DNA from: Octopus sinensis
Taxonomy: Eukaryota
DNA: 64,000 nt
Assembly (NCBI RefSeq): GCF_006345805.1
Contig: NC_042999.1
Coordinates: forward strand, 58,528,001 to 58,592,000
Direction of reading: 5' to 3'
Shown piece by piece: positions 13,710 to 26,600 of the stretch. The stretch's first letter is position 1. Every line of letters begins with the position of its first letter. The position numbers and the translations under genes are program-made. A model generated the notes under the pieces. The model had not been told where the DNA came from and made no database searches. It worked only from the letters and a program-made list of their open reading frames with translations.

Positions 13710-14597
13710 CAGTAGTTTTATTTTTATAGCGTGCTTTCACTTCACTACCGAGCGCAGCTCTGTGTGCCTTGGGTATGTGCTGTGATTTGTTGTGATGCTC
13801 TGATGGTTATTGTATGGAAAGTGTTCTGCGTAGGATGTGTGCAGTGCCTAGTAGTGCAATTTTCTGTATGTTATATGTGTTTGTGAGTCCTGGTGTTTTT
13901 GTTATGTATTTGTCTGAATATTTTTTTATCATGCCTAATGCACCTCCTATGATAGGAATTGTTTCTGTTTTCAGATTCCACATTCTAGTTACCTCTATTT
14001 CCAGGTCTTTGTATTTTGAGAGTTTCTCCATTTCTTTTAGAGAAACGTTGTCATCTGCCGGTATTGATACATCAATTAGAAAGCATTTTTTCCTTCATGA
14101 TCTCTGACAACTATATCTGGCCTGTTGGCCTTAATTTCTCTATCTGTGTGTATCGGCATATCCCAGAGTATGGTTGCTTTCTCGTTTTCTGTGACCTTTT
14201 CTGGTGTGTGCCTATACCATCTTTTTTCTGTTGTTATTCCATGATGTTGGCATAGCTTCCAATGTATGTAGGTTCCAACTCTGTCATGTCTGTGAATATA
14301 TTCCTTCTTAGCCAAGACTGGACAGCTAGAGATAATATGATTTATTGTTTCTTGTCCATCTCCACATATTTTGCAGTTACTTGTAATATTTCTTTTCATT
14401 ACATGTTTTTGGTAATTTCTGGTGGAGAGGCTTTGGTCTTGTGCTGCAATTAAAAATCCCTCTGTGTCTGCTTTGAGTCCTGAGCTTCTCAACCATTGCT
14501 GGGATTTTTCTTTGTCTATTTCTTTTGCGTTTAGTTTAGTGCAGTATTTACCATGAAGGGGCTTTTCTTGCCATCGTTTTACCATGGTTCGTTGCTG
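13710..14597 (-). mobile_element. R4/Dong-like non-LTR retrotransposon family A, 3' ~890 bp
   Basis: CCHC knuckle CKICGDGQETINHIISSC, RHD, and the restriction-like endonuclease motif ANRPDIV...E-KLSKYKDL (frameshifted ORFs 14076-14585 and 13807-14031). Flanked by (TTA)n. Confidence 0.9.
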
Positions 14598-14609
14598 TTA
14601 TTATTATTA

Positions 14610-14667
<58 letters not shown>

Positions 14668-14879
14668 GTTGTTGTTGTTGTTGTTGAAGTCGTCGCACAG
14701 TATTCAATATTATAATGTTGTAGATTGAAGATATTGTGTGTACCGGGGATTTGTAGTCTGTGAAGTCATCACAAAGATCCCAGACAGACAGTAGTTTACA
14801 CAGTACGCGTGCACTTCCAAGTAAATCCCAATTTTACAATGCCGCAAGATCATAGAGTATTTCTATTATTATTGTTATT

Positions 14880-15245
14880 AAGGCGAGCACGCCGGGCAAA
14901 ATGCTTAACAGCATTTCGTCTGCCGTTACGTTCTGAGTTCAAAATTCCGCCGAGGTCGACTTTGCCTTTCATCCTTTCGGGGTCAATAAATTAAGTACCA
15001 GTTACGCACTGAGTCGATATAATCGACTTAATCCGTTTGCCTGTCCTTGTTTGTCCTCTCTGTGTTTATCCCCTTGTGGGTAGTAAAGAAATAGGTATTT
15101 CGTCCGTCTTTATGTTCTGAGTTCAAATTCCGCCGAGGTCGACCTTGCTTTTATCCGTCGAGACTGATAAAATAAATACCAGCTGAGCAATGGCGTCAAT
15201 ATAATCGACTTTCTCCTCCTGGTCTTGTGCCGCAATTTGAAACCA
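14880..15245 (+). mobile_element. SINE family 1, dimeric copy
   Basis: Body-tail-body structure with junction AAAGAAATA|GGTATTTCGTC, the same junction as at 1205-1225. Confidence 0.85.
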
Positions 15246-15249
15246 CTAC

Positions 15250-15309
<60 letters not shown>

Positions 15310-16749
15310 CATTATTATTATTGCTGTTGTTGTCTTTGTGGTTGCCTCTATTTTCGTTTTATTTTTGTCAGTTTCTCTCTTATCCTTTCAATAGGTATAC
15401 TCACTTCCTGTCACTGTCACGTCAGTCCCTACGTATATCGATAATTAGAACTTTCTATTGCCTTTCAACAAAATATCTCTTAAATTACCTCATTTCCTGA
15501 TGATTTGAAACGAAACGAAATATTCCTATTAATGACATTTCATTTTACCACACAATGCTTTCTTTCTTTCTATCTTTCTTTCCCTCTTTCTATTAAAATC
15601 TGTTTCGCTTCCGTTTTACTCTTAGATTTTTCTCTCTTTTGTTTACAATGACACGCATAAACACAAACACACACAGACACACATAAGATAAGTACATAGC
15701 ATACATACATACGCACACAAATACAGACCCACAGTGCAAAGGCACACACAAATACGTAATTATAACAAAAAAAGAAAACATACACATATACAAACAGCAA
15801 AAACATTCTTTGCAACAGTGTTAACTAGCGAAGCGGTAAACAACCGACCATGACTGCAAAAGTGAATAGCTGATATCAGCTATCTAGCATCAACGCAAAA
15901 TAAATTTAGTTCACTCAGCAAAATAACTCTATCTTGGGAAATTGTTTCAATTTTTAAAAATTATTTCCTCTTTTACAAAACTACATTTATAATCATTACT
16001 TCCAGTTATATATTTCTCCAAAACAATGATATTTCAAAATAGCTTCTCCCTTGTTAGTAAGGCATTTAAATGATATTTAATTCTCAGCATGAGGTTTACA
16101 ACATAATTTCTTTCTATATTTCATAAAATAATTTTCTCAAGCCATGTTATATGACAATATTTATTAATTTCATATTTTGCACGAGTGTTTTTTCTTTTTA
16201 ATTTTAAATTTGCGTTTTAAATTTTAGATATAATTTTCCCTCTCACATTTCTGTCCTCTCTTTTTCTTCTTTCCACACCTCTCTCTTCCTCCATACACAT
16301 ACACACATATATTTTTAATATTATATAGTTGTTAGTCACTTATAATTAACATGATAATATAAAATATACATATTCTGACACACATGAAAAGGAAGAAGCT
16401 GAGGAAGAAGTGCTAAAATTGTGAAAAAAAAAAAAAAAAAAATCAAACAAGACAAAATAAAGCATTAACAATATGTTCGTTAGTACAACAAAATGGAAAA
16501 GAGATTTTCATCAGTTATCAAGGATTGCATTGAAATGATATATTCTATTAGCATGACAAACAAAGGCAAAAACAAAAACAAAACAAAAAACAAAAAATAA
16601 CTGCAGCTTCGTGTTCAAATTACCTTGAGTTAATCTAATTTGTTCATCTGAAACAGCAAATGGAAAATTATAGCGATAATGAATTTGTGGAACAGATACT
16701 AATGGAGAGAAAACGAAGAAACAGCAAATCTAAAAGTATAATGAAGGAA

Positions 16750-16791
16750 TACACACACATACACACACGCATATATATATATATAAATATT

Positions 16792-16835
<44 letters not shown>

Positions 16836-16882
16836 CATATATGCATATATATGTATATATATATATATATACATGTGTATAT

Positions 16883-16924
<42 letters not shown>

Positions 16925-17490
16925 TATGTATGTGTGTGTATATAAATATTTGTGCGTAGAGGTTTGTGTTTAAAATTGCAAAGGCTTAGCAAGAGTGCTC
17001 AATACATATATATTTATAGCAGATATACAAAAATTCAACACCCGCACTCGCACACACGCACGTACACACACGCACGTACATACACGCACGTACACACACG
17101 CACACACACTCACTATATATATATATATGTATATATGAATATATGCATATATATTTGAATATATATATATATGCATATATATATGTATATATATATATAT
17201 GCAGATGTATATGTATAAATATATATTTATATGAATATATATATATGCATATGTATATGCATATATATTTATATGAATATATATATATATGCATATGTAT
17301 ATGTATATGCATATATATGAATACATATATATATATGTATTTATATATATGTATGCATATATGTATATATATGTATGCATATATATATGCATATATATAT
17401 ATGTATGTATATATGTATATATGTATATATGTATGCATATATATGTATATATGCATATACATATGTATGTATATAATATATATGTGTATA
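16750..17490. repeat. complex (TA)n/(CA)n/(TATG)n microsatellite field
   Basis: Directly visible. Confidence 0.95.
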
Positions 17491-18150
17491 TACAGGATGT
17501 GATGGGTAAATTGTCGCCATTTTATACTTTTAATTTCATGTATGTGCATTGTTTGTTTTTGATTTTGTCCACTACATATTATAGTAGGGTCAGTTCGACA
17601 CCGTCTGTGAGAAAAGAGCACCATGATGCAATTCACTCTGCCAGAAATTTGAAAACGACATGCTGAAATTCAGATACGAACAGATGGTGAACACAGAACA
17701 ACCGTTGGCTTGCCGTCTCCCCCAAATATGTACCGAGAATGATAAAACTCAAACACCCAGTCAACATCATTGTTCTTGGAGTGATCACTAGTGATGGCGA
17801 TGTTATGCCTCCATTCATCTTACCAAGCAGTCTCAGACTCAGCACAGAGTAGTGCTGTCCGGGGTGGGGGAAGAGAGTGACTGCTAGAAGACCCTATGTC
17901 TGGCAACGGGTCTCTGCATCATGCCACACAAGCAGGAGAAACCACCCATGGCTGTCAAACAATTTCTGCGACCACATTATCCTAATATCTGGCCACCTAT
18001 CTCCCCAGACTGCAACTTCCTTGATTATTATGTCTGGGGCGCAGTTGAATGAAAGCGCAACAAAACACCTTGTAGCACCAAAGACGAACTGCCGGGAAGA
18101 ATTATGGTAGCATTCACCAACTTAAGAAGGAAACCGTCCAGAAGAGTTGT
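17491..18150 (+). mobile_element. Tc1/mariner-superfamily (maT/DD37D-like) transposon, deleted and decayed
   Basis: TA + CAGGATGTGATGGGTAAATTG terminus. Frameshifted peptide pieces HPVNIIVLGVITSDGDVMPPF, RPYVWQ, WPPISPDCNFLDYYVWGAVE. Confidence 0.75.
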
Positions 18151-18280
18151 ATACACATTTATATGTGTATACATCTTTTTGCATTCATACACCCATGCAT
18201 AAAAATCTCTCTCTCTTTCTTTCTCTATCGCTATGTATACGTACACATATACATAAATCCATACAAACACTTACGTTACA

Positions 18281-18386
<106 letters not shown>

Positions 18387-19029
18387 TTATATACATAGAA
18401 TGCAGAAAAGAATAAGGTGTGATACAAATACAGAGAGTTAGATAGACAGATAAATACATACATACACGTTGTAGTATTCATTAAAATGATGCTGTGTGAA
18501 AAAGTAAGAAGAAAATTAAGTATAAGAGACAAACGAATAGCAATAGGAAAATGAAAGAGTCTGTTGTACGATATGTCGAAATATAATGCAATTTGCCATT
18601 CTTGAATGTACTTTTACAATCGTTACCTCAATCTAATGTAATTTAGTAATTCCCCGCCAACAGTCAGTTATTCATATGATGATGGTGCATAGAAAGAAAC
18701 AAATTTTTATCTGTTTCTCGTTTAGTACAACATAACATAACTCTAAGTATTAATATTTGTGTGAAGACACACGCTTACATTCACCACAATACAGTTACAT
18801 AAGACCACCATATGTACACACACACAAATAGAAATAATGATGCTTGGGCTAGATACATAAAATATACATACATATTTAATGTAAATAGAAAGAAGCAAGA
18901 CTGAAAATATTTAGATAATGGACATACATGTATAAATATGCAAATATTTATATATTAACTGAGCAGATTTACATAAAGTACAACGACAAAAAAAAAAAAA
19001 AAAGAAAACACCAAGAGAAGAAGGTATTG

Positions 19030-19685
19030 TATTCTAAGTCCAACAACTGTTTCTGGGGGTTCAGAATTACCTACCCCCATAAGTTGCTTTGCGTCTTTTA
19101 CTCGTATTTTAAGGTTATTTCGGGGTGGCAAGAAGTGACCGTAAGCTGGAGGAAGGACAATCTTTTCTTGACATTGCTTCAGAGTTTCTTCCAGGACAGT
19201 GTCTACTCAAAATGTCTGGAATGCTGTACCCATTGTCCCTGGTGAGCGAGTCCTACTTCCCATCACCTAGTGATCCATCCCTGTCGAATCGAAGATGTTT
19301 TGCGCTATGAGCTCTCTCTTGCTTCTGGAGTTGGTGTTTTTCTACCTCTAGGTTCTGTAGTTACCAAGTATTAACCATCCCTGACAGACGACTTCAACAA
19401 CATCTTGGGGCTTCAAGTGTGTTTTAGCTTCCTTTACAGTGTGGTTTTCACTTTTTGCTGCACTTCATGGTCTTGTTGAGGTATTTGACTCTCTCATCCT
19501 TGGATAGAAGCAACGTGCTGATTGCTTTGGCCTTCGTGGCATTGAATCACCCCCACTACTGATGAAATGAGCAAGCAGAGCATATAGGTTTTGTCGCACA
19601 GATTAACTGGAGAACGTGCGGCCATCATGGCTCGAATTTACCGCACAACACCTCTCCATTGGCTCTATCCAAGTCAGCAAAGTTA
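19030..19685 (-). mobile_element. HERO-like (R2-group) non-LTR retrotransposon fragment
   Basis: Decayed peptides ISSVV-xFNATKAKAISTLLLSKDE, VVCQGWLILG and QGQW...LSWKKL...RLSFL match the post-RT region of HERO-type elements as recalled. Confidence 0.6.
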
Positions 19686-19804
19686 GAAAGCAAGATTGGT
19701 CACAACTATTTTGGTTAGTACGCATTGGTTTATTTTGTACATTATATTTCAAGACTAAATATCCTTTAATTCACATTCTATGTATCCATCTATATACACA
19801 GTGT

Positions 19805-19837
<33 letters not shown>

Positions 19838-20934
19838 CACACACACACATATATATACACACACACACATATATACACACACATATATACACACACACAC
19901 ACACTAACACACACACACATTAATCTAGATATAGGTGTACGTAAACACAATATATGTGTGTGGGGGTGTTGAGGGAGATTAGCTGCTATTCCCAGCATGC
20001 AGATAGCCCACGTGGGAGTTACCTCATTTTGTTTTCACTGTAGTCTGCTACGAATAAGAAGCTTGTCTTCATTCGTTTTGTTCTATTGTATCTTTCTCTC
20101 CCGCTCTCTCCCCATCTCTCTCCCTCACCTCCATCATTCCCTTCTCCTCCTCTCTCCCCCTCTCTCTCCCTCTCTCACCCCTCACTCTCTCCCTAACTTT
20201 GATGATAGTGATAGCAAATAAAATAGTAAAGATTTAATGTTATAGATCAATGATATAAAATAAAGAAAAAAATAATGTCAGTAGTTAATTTTAGTTGGTT
20301 TTTGGCAGGCAAATGTGTTTGCCACGGCAATATCAGACAGGTAAATATAGGTGAAATTGAAGTATCGGTAGCGAAGAAAATCCATAACGCTGTTTGGAAC
20401 ATTGACAAACTTTGAGTTTATTCTTGTTGTAAGAAACATTTCTACTTCAATGCTTGTTGTCTTGCAATGATAAGAAATGAAAAAAAAAAAAAAAAAAAAA
20501 CAGAGAAAAGAAGGCAAAAGAAATCTGATGCGGAAACAAGAAAAATAAAAGTTGTAGAGAAGACTAAATGGATGATTAAATTTCCTTTCTATATCTTTCA
20601 GTCTCTGTATGCGATCTTTGCGTACATGGTTCTGGGTTCGATTTCGTCATCACTCGTAACTTTTTATCAGTCACTCACATACAATAATTAGATACAAACA
20701 CACACACACACTTTTGCCTAACATACATTCAGGCACACCAAGAATATACATACAAACGTACAGATAGCGCGCGCACATACAGAAAACAATAAATGGAGGA
20801 GTTACCTTACCAGCCTAATTAACAGAATGAGGAACATGAAAAGACGTAGAAACCTCATCTTGTGTCTTTCACATTTCTATTATACATTAAGCAAAAAAAA
20901 AAACAAAAAAAAAAAAAAAAGCAAAAAAAAACCT

Positions 20935-21450
20935 CTTCAGATGAATTAAGAAATATTTCACATCACAATCTAGATAGTATTCTTAAGCATATGCTTAAAC
21001 TCTCTTACGCAATAACACCAAAATTCACAGACAAACTAGCTTCCTCTAGCTTATGTTCGATGAGTCACCCTAACACAAGTTCTCACTGCAACTGCAACAC
21101 TCACCATCCGAATACATGTTCACTTAACTCCATCTGCTTAGCTAAAAACCATACTTTACAAACGCTGCATCCTAGCTCAACAATTTTCCGAAACATATAT
21201 AACCTTGACCACAAACCTCTTTAAGATACGTTAATACTAACACATTAATACGTTCCCAAACCCTCTTAGAAAACATTATTACGTGTTACTTTGATACTAT
21301 CTACGATGGAAGGTATTAACAAAAGAACATCTGTACGTAAGTATTAAAAAATATACATCCTATTGAAGAGTGCGTACATATAATACTGGCTAAAACAAAC
21401 TCCAACAAACATTCGAGGAGGACGTAGATAAGGGGCATAAAATTCGACAG
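20935..21450 (+). mobile_element. Penelope-like element ORF fossil (linker + GIY-YIG endonuclease)
   Basis: HMLKLSYAITPKF, Cys linker HCNCNTHHPNTCSLNSIC, then frameshifted ETYITLTTNLFKIR*Y*HINTF (YIG-like motif). Confidence 0.65.
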
Positions 21451-21854
21451 ACGCTGTACGTAATTAGGATACCATCAACGGGTTTATGCTACTAATACGG
21501 TCGGAATGGCTAACCTGATTCGACAGCCCGCGTGAACACTCCATCAAGAACTTCTGACTTTATTAAAATATCCCCACATAGAACATACACTCTTCAGAAT
21601 TGTTTTTACAGCACAAATAATCCTCGTCATAAATTATTCTCCTGTATAAGTACGCTGTGTATGGGTACACACACACAATGCCCCCTCCCCCCACCAAGTA
21701 TGTATACACTTATATACACATATATACACATATATATATACAGACGCACACGCACACACACATAAAAATATATATGTATGTATCTATATGTATGTGATAA
21801 TATAATATATATTAATATATATGTTATATAATATATGAATATCTAACATTATAT

Positions 21855-21885
<31 letters not shown>

Positions 21886-21912
21886 TACTCACACACACAT
21901 ACACACACACAT

Positions 21913-22089
21913 AGGAGTGGCTGTGTGGTAAGTAGCTTGCTTACCAACCACATGGTTACGGGTTCAGTCCCACTGAGTGGCACCTTGGGCAAGTGTCTTC
22001 TACTATAGTCCCGGGCTAACCAAAGCCTTGTGAGTGGATTTGGTAGACGGAAACTGAAAAAAGCCCGTCGTATATATATATGTATATAT

Positions 22090-22168
<79 letters not shown>

Positions 22169-22402
22169 GTGTGTGTTTGTATATGTTTGTATGTCTGTTT
22201 GCCGCCCCACCCAACATCGCTTGACAACCGAGGCTGGTGTGCTTACGTCCCCGTAACTTAGCGGTTCGGCAAAAGAGCCCGATAGAATAAGTACTAGGCT
22301 TACTTACAAAGAATAAGTCCTGGAGTCGATTTGCTCGACTAAAGGTAGTGCTCCAGCTCGGCTGCAGTCAAATGACTGAAACAAGTAAAAGAATAAAAAG
22401 AA
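21913..22402 (+). mobile_element. SINE family 2, full length with internal microsatellite
   Basis: Head GGAGTGGCTGTGTGGTAAG, internal (TA)n(TG)n at ~22071-22180, 3' half, tail GAATAAAAAGAAT. Confidence 0.9.
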
Positions 22403-22780
22403 TATATACATAGTTAATGTATGTGTGTTTGACTGTATTCATATGTGTATGTATGAGTGAGAATAAATGTCTGCATCTAGATATATATATCTGTGTAAAT
22501 ATTATCATAAGCAACGTGGGAATAGGGCGTACGAAGCCGAATAAATTCTCCACACACATAGGTGCGTATATTTTAACGCTGCTCTTTGTATACAGTTACG
22601 TGTAAGAGCATGTAAATGCATGTAATTCATCTAGCTGCACTTGTGCGTGTAGATTCTTTTCAGTCGCCTTCTGTTTCTCCGTATACAGACCTCCGGGTAG
22701 GTCCTCACTTTTGTGTCTGTATATATATATATCATATTAATTCTTATTACGCCTATCAAACAAAAGTGGGTTTTTGATAG

Positions 22781-23085
22781 TACAAGGGTGAGTCAAAAAG
22801 TAATGCCATTTTGTTTAGGACAGGTATAATTACTAACACAGGAACATGTGTCATACATGAAAATGAAGCTGGTCCTCTGTGGATCACATCCCTACTGCTC
22901 AACATAGTCACCGTTTCTCTCAATAGCAATGTTCCGCCTCCGAATGAAAGCATGTATCCCTGCCCCGTGAAATTCTGTTCACTGTTCTTTGAGCCACTTC
23001 CGCACATTTTTCACTTCCCCGTGACTGGAATGTTTGCCTCTCAAACCCCCTTTCAAGGGGCCGAAGAGATGATAGTCCAGAACTT
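22781..23085 (-). mobile_element. mariner transposon 3' end
   Basis: Minus strand DYHLFGPLKGGLRGKH...KWLKEQ...GIHAFIRRRNIAIERNGDYVE. TIR TACAAGGGTGAGTCAAAAAGT at 22781. Confidence 0.8.
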
Positions 23086-24780
23086 CTGACATGTATTTCA
23101 CCGATAAGATCCAATAACTGAAAATATAGGTAGCTGTCGTCTTGTTGGTTAACAAAGATCATATGTCCGTAAATTAAATTTACTGTGGCATTAATTCTTA
23201 ATTTCTTGAAATTATTTCCCATTCTTTTTTTTGGTGGGGGAGTTGCTTTGTCAGTGGCCAAGGAAGTTAGAAGGAGTCGTTTGATCATTGTGTAGAATAT
23301 ACTGTAGTATCTGTTCCGATTCTCTAAGATCTGAGTTTAAACATCACCAAAGTCAGCTTCGCTTTTCATCTTTACGGGGTTGATGAATTGGCACCAGTTC
23401 AAGGTGCGATAGATTTGTGAAACTGTCAGAGAGTCGGAGAAAATGCCTTGCGGAACCTGTTCCGGTCTTTTGCATTCTCACATGAACGTTCTTGATCATT
23501 CTGGCGCTCCAAATGGACACTTTTTAGACATCGGTATGAAGGAGTTAGGTAGACTTGCGTTCACGGAATTTGCTCAGGCTTACACATACATTTGCAGATG
23601 CATGGTCGATATCAACCACATATCTGCTCATAAGCCTTATTCTGAGAGACGCTAACAGCTACTACTTGATATTGTGAGGTTTTTCTTCAAAGTTTTTTCT
23701 TCAACTAAGCAATACATACATTGCTGTACGTATTGCTAACAAAGGTATGGGGTCTGCCAGATTCAACTCTTTTCCGGTCTTTGGGTGATAGTTTGATTTC
23801 AGGGTGTATAAATTTCACTTCACTTACGCTTTGAATACCCTGGGCTATTTATCTCAACGTGAAATGCTGATTGGTCTCCTCTCCTACCTAGAATAGGTAA
23901 CGGAAGGGGTAGGAGAGACCCTGCCACACTTTAGTATGACATCATGCAAAGCTACACGCGAAACCGGATATACAGCTATTTAAAAAAAGGGGGGGAAATA
24001 ACAGATGGGAGAATATCTGTCAAGTAGATATCAACACTAGAGAGAAAGTATTTTAGTACCTTGACAAATAATAATAAAAAAATATATGCATTTAGGAAGT
24101 ATTCTGTTTTTCTCCTACTTTTTTCCTTTTTAAATTTAAATATTGTATAACTACACTTAAAATAGAGGATTAAGCAAAACATAGATTGATTCAAAACATG
24201 CACAAGTGTATAAATAAATAAATTCATTTAGAAAAAAAAATGGAATAAAAATCTCTCTCTATTTTTTTGTTGGATTTTAGCTGTAAAAGCATCAGTAACT
24301 GCATTAGCATTGTAAATTATAGCGGATTGTTTGCATATTGTGTCGTCTCTTGGAAACTTTAATTTTGTTCTTATTTTCTGCTGTTTCCTGTCATATAAAC
24401 GCATAAAATGTGTAGAAGCCTCACCAGCTCTACTTGAAAAAACGGTGACTTGCGAAAGCTTTTAAGTCATATATCAATTGCTAATGACAGCAAACATTGA
24501 ACTTCGTACTTTTACAAGATGGACGCCATATTGGAAGTTATGGTTGTTTATGTGCTTAACAATTTGCTTCTGTGTCCAAAGATACTTGCACACATACGCG
24601 CACACACACATACACACACAGAAATCTACATAGAAAAACGCACACATGCATCTGTTTGGTAATGTATTACCGTAGTAGTCTTACACTAAGATTTAAATGG
24701 ATATGCTTATTCACATACATATACATACAACATAGATGTGTTGCAAGTATTTCGTGATAAATTATATACTTTTAAGCATA

Positions 24781-24875
<95 letters not shown>

Positions 24876-25187
24876 GCTATTTTGTTAAACTGTCGTATGT
24901 CTAAATTTGGTCAAATGCTTTTTTTCCAATTTTTATTTTTGCTTCCTATAAACGGTGTTTTTGGTCAAAATATAGTATCTCCAGCTGCTTCAGATGCCAA
25001 GATATTAAAATTGTCAAAGCGTAGTACAACGGTTTTGCCTTGGAATGGTGAAACTATTTTTTCGTTTCCTGGAAAAGCAACGTTTTGCACTTACAACATA
25101 CATACATACATACATACATACATACGTACATACATACATACATACATATATATATACATACATACATACATACATACATACATACAT

Positions 25188-25242
<55 letters not shown>

Positions 25243-25379
25243 TTTAGATAATTCCTTAAACATAAAACTTACACACAAAAACACACAATCATATCTCTTG
25301 TATCTAACTTCTCTTAGTTCGGAAACAGAGATAGACAGACAAATAGGCAGATAGATAGATACAGTGAGGGATAAGGAGA

Positions 25380-25476
25380 GAACGAGCGAGAGAGATACAT
25401 GCAGTGAATCAGAGACAGAGAGAGATAGAAAGAGAGAGAGATACATGCAGTGAATCAGAGACAGAGAGAGATAGAA

Positions 25477-25562
<86 letters not shown>
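25380..25562. repeat. (GA)n tract with a 46-bp tandem duplication
   Basis: GAGATACATGCAGTGAATCAGAGACAGAGAGAGATAGAAAGAGA occurs twice, followed by (GA)n. Confidence 0.9.
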
Positions 25563-25564
<2 letters not shown>

Positions 25565-25969
25565 TGAAAACTGTGTATATGTGACTTTGAGAGAAAATAT
25601 TTAACATCTGTTTAAAGAACAACAAGCCGACAAACAAAGACCAGATAAATGTTAATAATTTTGGAAACGATCTTTTGTTGTATCAAAAATGATATTTAAC
25701 ATTTTCTGTTGTTTTGCAAAATTTTATTTGTAATTATATAGAAAAACTTAACAATTTTTGTGTTATATTTTTTTTCTTATATTTGTTATTCTTCATTTTA
25801 TTCTTTCTTTAAAATTTTAGTACCTTGAAGTATAATGTAAAGAAATGTTTTGTAATTCATATACGGAGTGTGTGTGTGTGTATACACACACACACACACA
25901 CACACAAACTTATATATCATATATACGCTTACTATATATGTATGATTATACATTTCAGTGTGTATATAT

Positions 25970-26124
25970 TCTAAATGTATGTGCATGTATGTGTATAGAT
26001 GTATGCATATTTATACATGTATGAATATATGATTAAGTATGCATACATACGTACATACATACATACACACATATATATATATATATCTATATATCTATGT
26101 ATATACATGTATGTACATATATTC

Positions 26125-26162
<38 letters not shown>

Positions 26163-26600
26163 GCATGTATATATGTATATATGTGTATATATATGTGTGT
26201 GTGCATATATATGTGTGCATATATACATGTATATATAAACATACATACATGTATATATGTATGTATATATATACATATATATACATATATATATATATGC
26301 ATATATATATATGTATATATACATATACATATATATATATATGTATATATATATACATATACATGTATATATACATGTATATATATACATGTATATATAT
26401 ATATGTATATATATACATGTATATGTATATATAAATAAATACACACATACACATATATATATTATATATGTATATCTTTATTAATACATACCTTTAAATT
26501 GTATGCGCGCGTGCTTGTGTGTGTGTTTGCGCGAGTGTGTGTCCGTATGTGCGTGTATGTGTGTGTGTGTGTATGTGTGTTTGTGATATGTTTGCATGTG
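25970..26600. repeat. complex (TA)n/(TG)n microsatellite field
   Basis: Directly visible. Confidence 0.95.

Noticed and set aside
15407-15430. Second 24-nt minus-strand microexon (GTDVTVTG)
   Set aside because: The donor is good but the acceptor lacks a pyrimidine tract.
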